From: Phoronis australis
Lineage: Eukaryota > Animalia > Phoronida
Length of the DNA stretch: 64,000 bases
Reading direction: 5' to 3'
Assembly (NCBI GenBank): GCA_002633005.1
Contig: NMRA01000052.1
Span: 85,583 to 149,582, forward strand
Shown: positions 50,473 to 64,000 of the stretch, piece by piece
How positions within the stretch are numbered: position 1 is the first letter of the stretch
Layout: the number at the start of each line of letters is the position of its first letter
The notes under the pieces: model-generated
The model's database searches: none
Told to the model about the DNA's origin: nothing
What the model saw: the letters and a program-made list of their open reading frames with translations, nothing else
Made by a program: the position numbers and the translations under genes

Positions 50473-53400
50473 GTGAAATAAGACATTCACGTCATTTCTA
50501 AAACCTATTGATCTATTTAACCTCGCCTCTAACCTATTTGGACTACTTCGATGTTTTGGTCAGCTATTGCTCCGGCCATTTTCAGTTGTTGCTGCATGCA
50601 ACAACTTTGTTCTTAGAAGAACAAACGCGTATACTACTGGTACTGTCGTGGTGGACCATGGGCGGCGCAGCACTGAAATTAATGGAGGTTACAGACCCCC
50701 CAGCCCCTTGCGGTGCGCCGCCTATGTGGACACTTGGATTACGTTTATCCTGGTACACGGCGGTGTTTGAACCTGGTTCCTTTCGGTTGTCACCTTGTAT
50801 TCTAAACCGATAAGACATCGAGTCATCGTTTAACTTCGAGGGATTTTTCGTATGCTTTATTGCATACGGAACTAGTCACTGGTTTGATACTTTGATTGTT
50901 GAAACAGAGGATATTACATGCCGAATTCAAGCTGAAATGATTTGGGAAGGTGCACATACTTGTGTTGATCACACTTCTCAGCTGATACATTTGCTACATA
51001 TGCACAGTCCTTTGACATCTTCATTTTGCTCCAATTGTCAAAAGTTAGAAGTCAAAATATGCTTGTTAGATTATGTTCTGACATTGCGACGTGTTCAGGA
51101 CAAAATATGAAAGTTTACCGAGAGTCATTAAGATTGTTTCTGTATTTATGCGTTCCATGGCATCGATTTCAAACCATACTAATGTATTTTCATTTCCAGT
51201 TGTACATGGTTAAATGGTGCTATTTTTTCAGACACTCCGAGTAAACTCTCTGCAAGTTTTTTAATCATCATCAATTTAGCAGTACAACCTCAGGACTTCA
51301 AACTACTAAATAAGTTCATCCGTCCACAATAAACGCAACTACTGCGTGGGCGGCGGTTTCTAGCTCCGTTCATTCCGATGGTGACGTCTGACATCCGGGT
51401 GTTCAACAGTCTGAGGATGGCCGCCAGATCAAGGAGGCCGAAGACGTTCACGAGGTATAAATTTCCGTCGTCTATGCCAAGGGGATTTTTAGTAGTAATT
51501 TCAGGACTGACTGGCTTGTTTAATTAGTCACGTAAAATTTTTATGTGTTTAATATTGTTTAATTGACTTAAAACATGAACTTTATCTTAGGCCTAAGCTG
51601 ATACGGAGCGCTGCTTATACGGGTAATTGCACGCTCGTCGATGCCACTTTGATGTCAAAGATGTCGGATATTGCATTATGGTTGTCATTTAAGTTTGATT
51701 AAAGTATAATTATCCCAGTTCACAAAACGATCGAGATATTGATCACGTGATCTCCTACTACGTCATACCAAGTTAGCAGGGTTTTAGTTGGTTGTGATTG
51801 ACTGTGACACTGCATTTTAGATAACGGATCAGTCGAAATAGACTGAGTCCTGCATATTTATTCTTGTTGTCGGAATAATACAATAATGGATTTTTTGTTC
51901 GCGCATTTGTCCTAAATACTCCCCGATTTCATCGTTGCACAATTGCAATAATTAAGATAAGGGGGTCTTTAAGTGCACTGCTAAAATGGGGATACGTTGA
52001 AGAAAGTGCTTCTGATAGGTGAGGCTGTCTCTATTTATGCACACGTGAATGCAGGTCACGTGGGTCTAAAGAATACACAATCCCATTTCCACGAAAAACG
52101 TCGCTCTAGTTGGCTAGAGTGTTGACTTACGTAGTAAATGTACATGGTCTAAGACATGTGAAAGTTTTCATTCGTTAGGCATTGAGGAGTGATTTTGAGA
52201 AATGGATAACAGAGAGTGGCAGAGTGGTGCAAACCCTATAGTTATTCAGTCTGAGCTGAATCCAACAGCTACCAAGGAAACTTTTGAAACTCTTGACATT
52301 GATTTGATTAGACCTATGGTAGCTTCAAAAATGAAAAAAGTGTGTTTCGACCATGACTGACTTCTACTGAAAATTGTTATTTGCGTTTCCAATCCTAAAG
52401 AGGTCTGCAGTGCGTAAGTGTAAGCACTTGTCTTACTTTTTCGTGTTGGCCACCTGAAAATTGTCACTGATCAAGGAAGATAATTTTGCAATGAACTAAA
52501 TTCATCCCTGTTGACGCTGTTTGGTGTACAACAATGACAATATTCGCCTTCAGTACATCTCGCTAGAGCACTACCCATCTCAGTCCATTTTGTTCATGTT
52601 CTTGCGCGTACTCACTCACGCGTAGTTGCACTTCTCATCGCACTCAGTGAGAAGTACACAAGCTCAGAGCCTCAAAGCACTGATCACTTCCAGATATAGC
52701 GTGCGTGAAAATGAGGTTAGTGCTATTACGTTCGTGGTTTCCACTACTGAGAAATGACTTCAAAAAACAAGACTACGCATGGTACTTGTAGCTAGAAAGC
52801 CATATTTATGCAATTTGTAGAAAATAATTCTCTGAACATCTAAAAGAGATTTATTAGCAGATGACCTTGTATCCAAACATCCTATACATGTAGCTCCCTC
52901 CCTCAGACCCCAAATAGCACACCCACATCGTAAGTTCAATGGTTCCCCATAGCTCCCAATCGTCAAGTGTGATAAGAACCTTATGGGTCCAGTGGTGGGT
53001 GGTCGGGCGATTTCAACAATTGCAGAACCCTCCAAATCAGTAGAATATTAGACTACGACCGTGAAAGCTACAGTGTACATGCAATTCGATTCTGTGCCCA
53101 CAGCAAATCATTTTGCTCCGGTAATGTCCGTTTGAACTTTTTCTCTGTTTCACGCAGCCACTAATACAATAGGTCAATTGTCTCTTAGTATGCTAACTTG
53201 TCGTTCATACTGTACACCGAATGTGTACAGATAGGCCTACCGTTTACACGTCAGCACTCAACCTATGACTTTTCAGGCTTTATGGAACGAAAGTAGTACC
53301 ATTTTACTTGCATCTTACCCCCATAAGGCAACGTGCTAATCTCACCGATCAATCATATTAGTGACGATCATTTCTGTGGTTCGAGGTTACTCGCGAACCA

Positions 53401-54468
53401 CTCACCTTAGTTTCAACTCGTGTGCGTGGTCTCAGAGTTTTCGTTGTTCTTTCAAGACACGTTTTGGGCACCAGCCGGAACGCATCCCTGTTATTCGTCG
53501 GGAGGCCCTGCCTCTAAGAAGAATATTCATTTGTGCCTAAGTCGCCGGCAATACTTTTCCGACCTCCGTCTATCAGACGGATTCGATTTCCGGTCTCACA
53601 AATAAGAGCTCGGTGTTCAAACTACTTCGCTAATATAATTGACCTCTTCAATCATATTCCCTAATTAAGTCTTGCGTCGATTCAATAAAAATAATGAAAT
53701 GACAGAAATTGTAGAAGTTCTTTGTAACAAAAAGTATTTGATGAAACTGCAGAAACGTGTATCATGATCTGGTTGCAAAAACGCCTTCTTCGAATTGATT
53801 GAGTTTGACACTGTGTAAGACTGGTACTTCATTACAATTTTGTCGTCGGTCGCAACGGAGATGTTGATCTACTGGATTTATCCCGAACTCAGAGAAACGT
53901 ACATTTTGCACCCGCTTAGAAACCACACTTGAACTGCGATTAGAGAATTGTGGGTCGATATATACAAGTTCCTCGCCATCTGTTGGCAGCAAATGTAGAT
54001 GTACGTTCTTTGGTTTCGTTGGTTGCTTTCGTTCTGCTTGGCCGACCCTCACTGGCCCACAATCTTGCGGATATCACACAAATTTCTAACCGTAAAAAGA
54101 TCAATGGCGTACTAAAGAAAAGAGTGTCAGTGCTTTCCATGCATCCTCGACTTGAATTGAAATTGCGATCTGACTCAGTCGGCAGCGTTGTGAAGATAAA
54201 TGTTGAACATTTCTGGGGTGACGTTTTATTGACATCATGAAATTACTCATTGCTACGTGTACGTCTATAAAACCAAAAGAAAGCCATAAACAAGGTTCGC
54301 ATGTACATGTACGTAGGCATCTGATAGTTACATATGTTGAGAAAACATCTTCGTAACACACGCCAAGATAAAATTAGATGCTCGACCCTCAATCCGTAAT
54401 ACAATGAATGCCACGTTTAGCAACTGCATTAGTATATAATACGTTTTTGGACTGGACGCGTAACAAAT

Positions 54469-55987
54469 AGACCTAACTTACGTCCGGACATTAAAATCCA
54501 AAGCGAGGCTCACAGCGATAAACAAAGAGGAAAGTTACATGTACATTGCGTGAGTAAAATGGCCGGTCTTTCGAGTACAACCTGGCTATTAAATCTTAAA
54601 ATGTGTGGATAATTAACTACAGAGACGTAGAAAAATACATTAGAAAACAAGTCAATGCACCAAAGAGTTGTCTGACGAAAGGGTATAAGTTTTTTTTCGG
54701 AAAACTAGGTTCGAAACATGAAAACTAAATATGACCAGACTGCGACGATCGTCACGGTAGTGTTACGGATTAGGTATTGCGCTGAATGCAGGGTTACGTT
54801 TCTTCTTGTAAATTGTTGATAAAAATGCTTTTTACACGAACCAGGTCATCTGCTTGTATTGTTGACGAATTAAAAATATATTCCACAGTGGTGGCTCATC
54901 GCATAGTGCTGTCACTTGTGCAATTAGTCACATCTGGTTAAATTTGTTGATCAAAAGTATTAACATCAAGCATAGTCTATGTCCTGGTGAGGTAGAGACT
55001 ACTGGGACTAAGAAGTGATTTGTCATTGAATATTTTTATTAAAATAAAAAACCAGTCTCGTAATCGAAAATAAAAATTATTTGACATTTTTTCAAATTTT
55101 GAAAAAAAAAACTAGCACTGCCTCAGAAATCGCTTTCACATTATATCCAGATTCTCATTAACTCCATTGCACACATTCACAAGTAATTATTTGACCATCA
55201 ATTCTCCTTTCTCGGTTTTAATAATTCTTATATACGTCTATTTCATGTGTTAGGTTTCAAATATCAATCTGGACCAAGTTGAAATTTAAAATTAAAAACC
55301 TAACTCGTTCGTCCAAAGCATAATCTTGTTTTTGAGCTCAATCTCAGTTAACTGCACAGAGCAAGCATAGTTATCATGTTTCTTCAGGGCGGCCTCGTTC
55401 ATCCGCGGAAAGGTGCTTGTGTGCCTTCGTGATAGGGACATTTTTTCGCCGAGTGAGGGGAAAAATCTACCTCCCGATCATCATCAATAGCACACCCGCC
55501 CTGTGCTCTTTCAAATTGTCACCTGTGTGGATACAGGTGATTTGAACTTCGGAGAGAACTTTTCAATTAGGGGAGTTTTTAGGGCCTCGTGGGGGGGATT
55601 TCAAGGGATTGAGGGCCCTGTCTTTTTTGGAAAGAAACATGCATCATCTTTCAACCCGTAGTCATGAAAACACAGCCTGGCTGACCGAAGATTCTCCGGT
55701 CGTTGCTGTGACGCTCGGCAACCGAGATGCGACAAAATATGATCTAACTTTCCGAAAACATTTATAAATTTTACAGGGAGATATTTTCCTTCGTCGCGCG
55801 TATGGCAACGACCCAACGCTTCCGAATCTCAATGTCCTCGGGGATTGTAAAACAGACAGTTGAGTGTCCGTATTTATTTCTAGCCGTTCAAGCACCGAGG
55901 AATACATCCAGTATGCCGATAAGCCAACAGAGATATCGTAGCAAGCATCGTTTTGGAACGTGCCTCCTGTCGGCGTGAATTAGGTCT
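54469..55987 (+). mobile_element. ISL2EU/Harbinger-like element, copy B
   Basis: at|agacctaacttacg ... cggcgtgaattaggtct; colinear with copy A; ORF broken by frameshift and stop. Confidence 0.65.
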
Positions 55988-58312
55988 ACATATATTACAT
56001 CAATGACAACCTTTGTAGGTCTCAGAACTAATCGTACATAATGATATTTCCAAAGCTTACCGTTGTGGGCAGAAGCCATAGTTATACATTTATATTCTGT
56101 CTCTCTTCTTTGTTAGGTCTCTTGGCGATCTCTTTTGTTGCCGTCTTTTTGAACGCGCGTCGACAAATATACCACCGAGTTCGAAAGTGTCTATTCAAAT
56201 TGTAAACATAAACAGTGTTGTGTGTTTGACCAATTCTGCGTTCAAGAGAATCTGCTGTCTAACTGTTCTGTTTTAAGGTTCTGTAGGACCTTTTGAAAAC
56301 GGTCCAAATTTGGCCATTTTCAGAACTGCATATCTTAGAATTGTCAGACGAGATATGGATGTTTCAGACACTTGGCTTTATGCACTGTTCTCAAAAAGGA
56401 TGCCAAGAATTGTTTATGAAAATTTCACATTTTGCATTGGGAGCTCACATAAGAGGACCTTTGCGATTTTTATGAAAAACAACTCAAGGTTTGCGTAAAG
56501 CGAAAACGAAACGAAAACTGTAGGAGAGTTGAGATTTCCTCTTGAGCATCTACATCAAACGGAATTTGGTCGGGTTATTAATAGCGCTGTCTTTGCCATG
56601 ATGAATGCTCCTTTTTTGCAACATTTTATTAAAAGCACATGGTCATTTGACCTGTTAAATCCTGTTTAACGGCAGTCTGGTATAATGGTCAAAATTCAAA
56701 TTCTGGAGGCTTTTTACTTTCAGAGAGTATGAGCTTTCACTAAGTTAATATCTGTAGTTTTGTATAGATTTGGTTAAGTACACAGAAATGTCTTATAAGT
56801 TCCTACATAACATTAACATATTATACAAAATAGTTTATGAACTGCATTGTTATAGTTTATTTCTCATGTTTGGTACATCTTCATTTATTTGAATATGTAT
56901 ATGTATTCATCGTTTGGCAGTGTAGGGCGCTATGGAAAGCGATGTCTTAAACATATGACGTCACCATCTAGCCGATTAGTTGGTGTAGACAAAGTGCGAA
57001 CGTAAAGAAACTCTTGAGATCAGTTTGCACTTTGCATTCCACAATCTGTCACAAACTTGATGCTAACCTACCTACAAACGATTCATTATGTCAACGAATA
57101 ATCAAGGCATGGTTACATTTTTGTTTCCGTATCTCATTAACCCTTCCGTTTGCGAAATATTTAGGCCTACTAATAATTGAACGGCAGTGTAATTAACGAC
57201 TAGATTTCACGTTATCAAAGAACGTCCCCGCCCACTTCGCGATGACAGTTCAGAATATCGATTATTGTGAGTTCGCCATCGACGCTCTTCATACTTGGGG
57301 ACCACTATTTAGAAATCTTTGCTTGAACTCTAGCTAAGTGCATTGTTACGAGTCACCGCTCCGAAAGTTCATTACTCCAATGTTCATAACTCTGAATGGA
57401 TTTGCTTAAAATATTGAATTTATGTCAGTTCAGTAATCACTCCAAGGGTTTGCAAGATTTTAATTCTTCTTTAAAGTACATTGATTGCATAATCAATATA
57501 GGTCGTCCTTCTGTGTCATGTTTTTAACCAAGATTGATTGCATAAATGAAATCAGNTTGTAGAAGTTCTTTGTAACAAAAAGTATTTGATGAAACTGCAG
57601 AAACGTGTATGATCTGGTTGCAAAAACGCCTTCGTCGAATTGATTGAGTTTGACACTGTGTAAGACTGGTACTTCATTACAATTTTGTCGTCGGTCGCAA
57701 CGGAGATGTTGATCTACTGGATTTATCCCGAACTCAGAGAAACGTACATTTTGTACCCGCTTAGAAACCACACTTGAACTGCGATTAGAGAATTGTGGGT
57801 CGATATATACAGGTTCCTCGCCATCTGTTGGCAGCAAATGTAGATGTACGTTCTTTGGTTTCGTTGGTTGGTTTCGTTCTGCTTGGCCGACCCTCACTGG
57901 CCTACAATCTTGCGGATATCACACAAATTTCTAACCGTAAAAAGATCAATGACGTACTAAATAAATGAGTGTCAGTGCTTTCCATGCAGCCTCGACTTAA
58001 ATTGAAATTGCGATCTGACTCAGTCGGCAGCGTTGTGAAGATAAATGTTGAACATTTCTGGGGTGACGTTTTATTGACATCATGAAATTACGCATTGCTA
58101 CGTGTACGTCTATAAAACCAAAAGAAAGCCATAAACAAGGTTCGCATGTACATGTACGTAGGCATCCGATAGTTACATATGTTGAGAAAACATCTTCGTA
58201 ACACACGCCAAGATAAAATTAGATGCTCGACCCTCAATCCGTAATACAATGAATCCCACGTTTAGCAACTGCATTAGTATATAATACGTTTTGGACTGGA
58301 CGCGTAACAAAT

Positions 58313-59799
58313 AGACCTAACTTACGCCCGGACATTAAAATCCAAAGCGAGGCTCACAGCGATAAACAAAGAGGAAAGTTACCTGGCTATTAAATCTTAA
58401 AATGTGTGGATAATAACTACAGAGACGTAGAAAAATACATTAGAAAACAAGTCAATGAACCAAAGAGTTGTCTGACGAAAGGGTATAATTTTTTTTTTCG
58501 GAAAACTAGGTTCGAAACATGAAAACTAAATATGACTCGACTGCGACGATCGTCACGGTAGTGTTACGGATTAGGTATTGCGCTGAATGCAGGGTTACGT
58601 TTCTTCTTGTAAATTGTTGATAAAAATGCTTTTTACACGAACCAGGTCATCTGCTTGTATTGTTGACGAATTGAAAATATATTCGACAGTGGTGGCTCAT
58701 CGCATAGTGCTGTCACTTGTGTAATTAGTCACATCTGGTTAAATTTGTTGATCAAAAGTGTTAACATCAAGCATAGTCTATGTCCTGGTGAGGTAGGGAC
58801 TACTGGGACTAAGAAGTGATTTGTCATTGACCTGAAAGAATAACTGATGTTATTGAATATTTTTTATTAAAATAAAAAAACAGTCTCGTAATCGAAAATA
58901 AAAATTATTTGACAATTTTTCAAATTTTGAAAAAAAAACTAGCACAGCCTCAGAAATCGCTTTCGCATTATATCCAGATTCTCATTCACTCCATTGCACA
59001 CATTCACAAGTAATTATTTGACCATCAATTCTCCTTTCTCGGTTTTAATAATTCTTATATACGTCTATTTCATGTGTTAGGTTTCAAATATCAATCTGGA
59101 CCAAGTTGAAATTTAAAATTCGTCCAAAGCATAACCTTGTTTTGAGCTCAATTTCAGTTAACTGCACAGAGCAAGCACAGTTATCATGTTTCTTCAGGGC
59201 GGCCTCGTTCATCCGCGGAAAGGTGCTTGTGTGCCTTCGTGATTGGGACATTTTTTCGCCGAGTGAGGGGAAAAATCTACCTCCCGATCATCATCAATAG
59301 CACTCCCGCCCTGTGCTCTTTCAAATTGTCACCTGTGTGGATACAGGTGATTTGAACTTTGGAGAGAACTTTTCAATTAGGGGAGTTTTTAGGGCCACGA
59401 GGGGGGATTTCAAGGGATTGAGGGCCCCGTCTTTTTTGGAAAGAAACATGCATCATCTTTCAACCCGTAGTCATGAAAACACAGCCTGGCTGACCGAAGA
59501 TTCTCCGGTCGTTGCTGTGACGCTCGGCGGCAACCGAGATGCGACAAAATATGATCTAACTTTCCGAAAACATTTATAAATTTTACAGGGAGATATTTTC
59601 CTTCGTCGCGCGTATGGCAACGACCCAACGCTTCCGAATCTCAATGTCCTCGGGGATTGTAAAACAGACAGTTGAGTGTCCGTATTTATTTCTAGCCGTT
59701 CAAGCACCGAGGAATACATCCAGTATGCCGATAAGCCAACAGAGATATCGTAGCAAGCATCGTTTTGGAACGTGCCTCCTGTCGGCGTGAATTAGGTCT
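58313..59799 (+). mobile_element. ISL2EU/Harbinger-like element, copy C (inside the duplicated segment)
   Basis: Nearly identical to copy B, with a ~45-bp deletion near 58381 that removes the ATG. Confidence 0.65.
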
Positions 59800-62102
59800 A
59801 CATATATTACATCAATGACAACCTTTGTAGGTCTCAGAACTAATCGTACATAATGATATTTCCAAAGCTTACCGTTGTGGGCAGAAGCCATAGTTATACA
59901 TTTATATTCTGTCTCTCTTCTTTGTTAGGTCTCTTGGCGATCTCTTTTGTTGCCGTCTTTTTGAACGCGCGTCGACAAATATACCACCGAGTTCGAAAGT
60001 GTCTATTCAAATTGTAAACATAAACAGTGTTGTGTGTTTGACCAATTCTGCGTTCAAGAGAATCTGCTGTCTAACTGTTCTGTTTTAAGGTTCTGTAGGA
60101 CCTTTTGAAAACGGTCCAAATTTGGCCATTTTCAGAACTGCATATCTTAGAATTGTCAGACGAGATATGGATGTTTCAGACACTTGGCTTTATGCACTGT
60201 TCTCAAAAAGGATGCCAAGAATTGTTTATGAAAATTTCACATTTTGCATTGGGAGCTCACATAAGAGGACCTTTACAAATTTTTATGAAAAACAACTCAA
60301 GGTTTGCGTAAAGCGAAAACGAAACGAAAACTGTAGGAGAGTTGAGATTTCCTCTTGAGCATCTACATCAAACGGTTATTAATAGCGCTGTCTTTGCCAT
60401 GATGAATGCTCCTTTGTGGAACATTTTATTAAAAGCACATGGTCATTTGACCTGTTAAATCCTGTTTAACGGCAGTCTGGTATAATGGTCAAAATTCAAA
60501 TTCTGGAGGCTTTTTACTTTCAGAGAGTATGAGCTTTCACTAAGTTAATATCTGTAGTTTTGTATAGATTTGGTTAAGTACACAGAAATGTCTATAAGTT
60601 CCTACAAAACATTAACCTATTATACAAAATCGTTATGAACTGCATTGTTATAGTTTATTTCTCATGTTTGGTATATCTTCATTTATTTGAATATGTATCT
60701 GTATTCATCGTTTGGCAGTGTAGGGCGCTATAGAAAGCGGTGTCTTAAACATATGACGTCACCATCTAGCCGATTAGTTGGTATAGACAAAGTGCGAACG
60801 TAAAGAAACTCTTGAGATCGGTTTGCATTTTGCATTCCACAATCTGTCACAAACTTGATGCTAACCTACCTACAAACGATTCATTATGTCAACTAATAAT
60901 CAAGGCTTTGGTTACATTTTTGTTTCCATATCTCATTAACCCTTCCGTTTGCGAAATATTTAGGCCTACTAATAATTGAACGGCAGTGTAATTAACGACT
61001 TGATTTCACGTTATCAAAGAACGTCCCCGCCCACTTCGCGATGACAGTTCAGAATATCGATTATTGTGAGTTCGCCATCGACGCTCTTCATACTTGGGGA
61101 CCACTTTTCAGAAATCTTTGCTTGAACTCTAGCTAAGAGAAATGTTACGAGTAACTGCTCCGAAAGTCCATTACTCCAATGTTCATCACTCTGAATGGAT
61201 TTGCTTAAAATATTGAATTTATGTCAGTTCAGTAATCACTCCAAGGTTGTGCAAGATTTTAATACTTCTTTAAAGTACATTGATTGCATAATCAATATAG
61301 GTCGTCCTTCTGTGTCATGTTTTTAACCAAGATTGATTGCACAAATGAAATAAGTTCCAATATATCACTAATAATCATCATTCTCAAACAAGGGACAAAA
61401 TCTGGGGCACAGGGATATTTTATTTTGAGGCTTAGCATGACGACCACTGAGCGGTTTTAAGATTGGGACGACTGCCGAGTTGAGACTCTCTGACTTCATG
61501 AAGACTGGCCGAGTTTGAGGTGCAGTTATGTCGCTCAGTGAAATGGTGCGATCGGGATGTGGATTTGGAGAGTGTGTTGTGGTTTATAATTCATTAATAT
61601 TCCTAGCTCATATTATTTTGAAAAAGCAATTCGACTGTGACTCAGGGTTGGCCTACGTAACGTACACTGTACCATATCATTGAATTCTGAGTCGCTGATG
61701 AATGGTTTCGATAGGGTTTGTGCGGTTATGAATATTGCGAGATCGGTTTTGTAGAGCCTGAAGCCTAATTCGATTTTCGTCTATAGCCAGTAAGGACAGT
61801 GAGATGCAACTTTAATTTCAAATTATTTTAATATCCTAAATAATCGGTTACAGTAAAATATTTTAATCACTGGCTCGGATGGTTGGGACGACCGAATCTT
61901 TAGCTATCAGCTATCTAAACAGGACGAAATGCAACTTTAAAACACGCACACTGATCAGGTCGAAGCTTAGTATGCCGGCAAAAGAATCTGACCAACTGGC
62001 CTTCGTTTTCGCCGCAGTTCACGATTCACCAAACAATTTGAGTGGAGGTCTCGTCACTTGGTGGCTGACCCTAAATTGTGAAAAAGGCAACGTCACGGAT
62101 TT

Positions 62103-62516
62103 GCTGTGCGTACTTTGGCAGTGGAATCTTGCTTAATCTCAAGATCGCGTATGCGGGAACTTGGAATACACGAGGAAACCTGACAAGTTCCCACAAATAA
62201 TCACGTTCACGTTGACAAAATTTGCACTACACTAAATCAAACTACATGATGATAAAATAACATGAATTTTAACCAATCCTTTTTAAACTATTGGCGAACT
62301 TATTCACCAAAGAATAATTGATTTAATAATTAACATATTCCTCCGATTCTTTGACACAAGTTAATCTAAAGGAGAAAATGGGTGATCAAGAGGCCAATAA
62401 TTACAAAAAATCTTTACACTGAACAAAAATTCGCCCGATTGCCCAATGCATATCCAATTCCAAGTTCACGCATACGCGATCTTGAGATTAAGCAAGATTC
62501 CAAGTTCACGCACAAC
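62103..62516. mobile_element. Second copy of the 34873 MITE family
   Basis: Same TIRs and internal ggagaaaatgggtgatc..ggccaata segment. Confidence 0.8.
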
Positions 62517-63038
62517 AGATTGACCTAGTTGGATCCACAGCGATAACTGATAACGGTGTCGGACCACCGAGGCCTGCTTGGATTTCAGTTGTGTGCACAA
62601 AAACTTGGTGTCTCTGATCATAAATACATCGAGGCGTTTATTCACACGGATCTCTTCTGCAGGCTATCAACGGGGCACCCGATAAAAAGCAACAGGTAAT
62701 TGTCTTTGTGACTTTGTCAGGAAGGGCCAGACCCAGAGGCGATGGTCATTGCCTAGTAGGCCTACAGCCACGGCCGGGTACAGAACTCAGTGACCGGCAG
62801 ACGTACAGGCAGTCGCCCGCCGGTGCTAGACACGCCTCCTGGAATTATTTCCCAACAAAATGCGACAATGTCTCCAGAGTTGACGCTGTGAAAGACTGCG
62901 CTGTGCAAAAATGGTGAACTAGACGCTGTGTATCATTTACTTCGATCTCCGCCAACACTTGCGTATTGTACGAGACGGTCTCGCCACCTGGCGACTGTGT
63001 TTTAAATAACCTTAGTGGCTGGAGTCACATAGCCGTTT

Positions 63039-63383
63039 CCAGGGCCCGGTCTCTAATCATTGTACTCGAAACTATTTTTGGCAATTTCTCTGCTCCTTTT
63101 GTGCAAACTTAAGATAATTGGTTATCAGACTGTGCTCGAATACATTATAGTTTCTGCATAGGAGTTTCTAGTTCAAGTTTGCCCTTGAAGACCCTTATAT
63201 TCGTGCTACAAACTCGAGTAAAAACTCGAAATTTCGAGTTCAAACTTAAACTTATTGCTTTAATATTGGGTTTAAAAACTGTGAACTAAGGACAATAAAT
63301 TATCTACGTAAGTTATTGTGTACTCGAGCATAGAATAATAGACACTTATCTTGAGTTCGCCCAAAAGTAGAGTAGAGCCCTGG
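63039..63383. mobile_element. ccagggc...gccctgg MITE; related copies near 33240-33560 and 42390-42700
   Basis: Terminal ccagggc / gccctgg; shared ctcaagataa.tgtct motif. Confidence 0.55.
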
Positions 63384-64000
63384 TCTGCTATTCGAATCTT
63401 GGAACAAATCACGGGTTTCTTGACTTAAGTTCTTTTACTTTGTCTTAATTTTGACTAACTCACATGATGTGGAAGTTTCAAAGTTTCGAAGATGAGACAA
63501 ATCTTAGACCTAAGTAAAAAATTAACTTAAAGGAGCATGCCACCCAAAAAACAACCAAATAGCGGATTTGCAGTGCAGACGAACTATGCATTGCGCATGT
63601 GCGAGTTACTTCCTTCGCGAAGGCTCATGGGATAGCTTGTGGTCAGGCATGTCTTGGGCAGGCTGGATAGTGTGTGCATTTGGAGTGATTTGCAAACTAA
63701 AAACCATGTTTCATTTTTTTGCTTTATAATACCAAGCAAGTCCTCTCTCTCGTTTGTAAACACAGCGTAGCTATGATCAGTGACCGTGTGACCGAGGGTC
63801 GTCATGTTCAGTATTGGGGGTATCGGCGTTGATTTCGAAATCTCCTCCGGTTTCAGACAAGTTGAGAGTTCTTGGGTTGCTTAACTTTTGTAGCTTTCGC
63901 CGTGGATATGCTAGAGACGTTAATTTTAAGAGGAAACTCCGTCGGAATGTTGTTCTCATAAGTCTTTTTTCCACCAGGAAAATGTTCGCTGCACACACGA

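Larger units (their letters stand above)
53709..61354. repeat. 3.8-kb tandem duplication (53709-57555 and 57557-61354) joined by a single N
   Basis: Colinear, near-identical copies with scattered SNPs and indels; both start ttgtagaagttctttg; N at 57556 lies exactly at the junction. Confidence 0.92.

Noticed and set aside
53740-54060. Possible THAP-domain relic (…QPDHDTRFCSF…) on the minus strand
   Set aside because: Too degenerate to support; no intact C2CH motif could be assembled.
63531-64000. Kolobok-like end (ttaa|agg) with a DHSY-containing ORF fragment
   Set aside because: Only one end is visible and the peptide similarity is too weak; it runs off the window.

Overview
AT-rich, repeat-rich genomic DNA from an invertebrate animal (spliced genes, SINE/LINE/MITE debris; exact taxon not determinable from sequence alone). 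I reconstructed four protein-coding genes by hand with consistent GT-AG junctions and exon phases. (1) ATG16L1, 14 coding exons, minus strand 5069-19277, 559 aa. (2) A two-coding-exon Norrin (NDP)-like cystine-knot gene, plus strand 28448-34270, 128 aa, with all 11 Norrin cysteines and the same intron position as vertebrate NDP. (3) A 4-exon NOD-like receptor, plus strand 38962-46877, 1179 aa, with a DZIP3-type HEPN / CARD / NACHT / LRR architecture in which the HEPN RNase motif and the NACHT Walker B and sensor-1 motifs look degenerate. (4) An intronless FMRFamide-receptor-like class A GPCR, minus strand 48854-49966. The rest is transposon-derived: a 1.5 kb ISL2EU/Harbinger-like element in three copies, Academ-like, Penelope-like and LINE RNase H relics, tRNA-derived SINEs and many MITEs. 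A 3.8 kb tandem duplication (53709-61354) is joined by a single N and is probably an uncollapsed-haplotype artefact. The most interesting items are the invertebrate Norrin and the HEPN-CARD-NLR. Comparisons to human proteins are from recalled sequences, not computed alignments.
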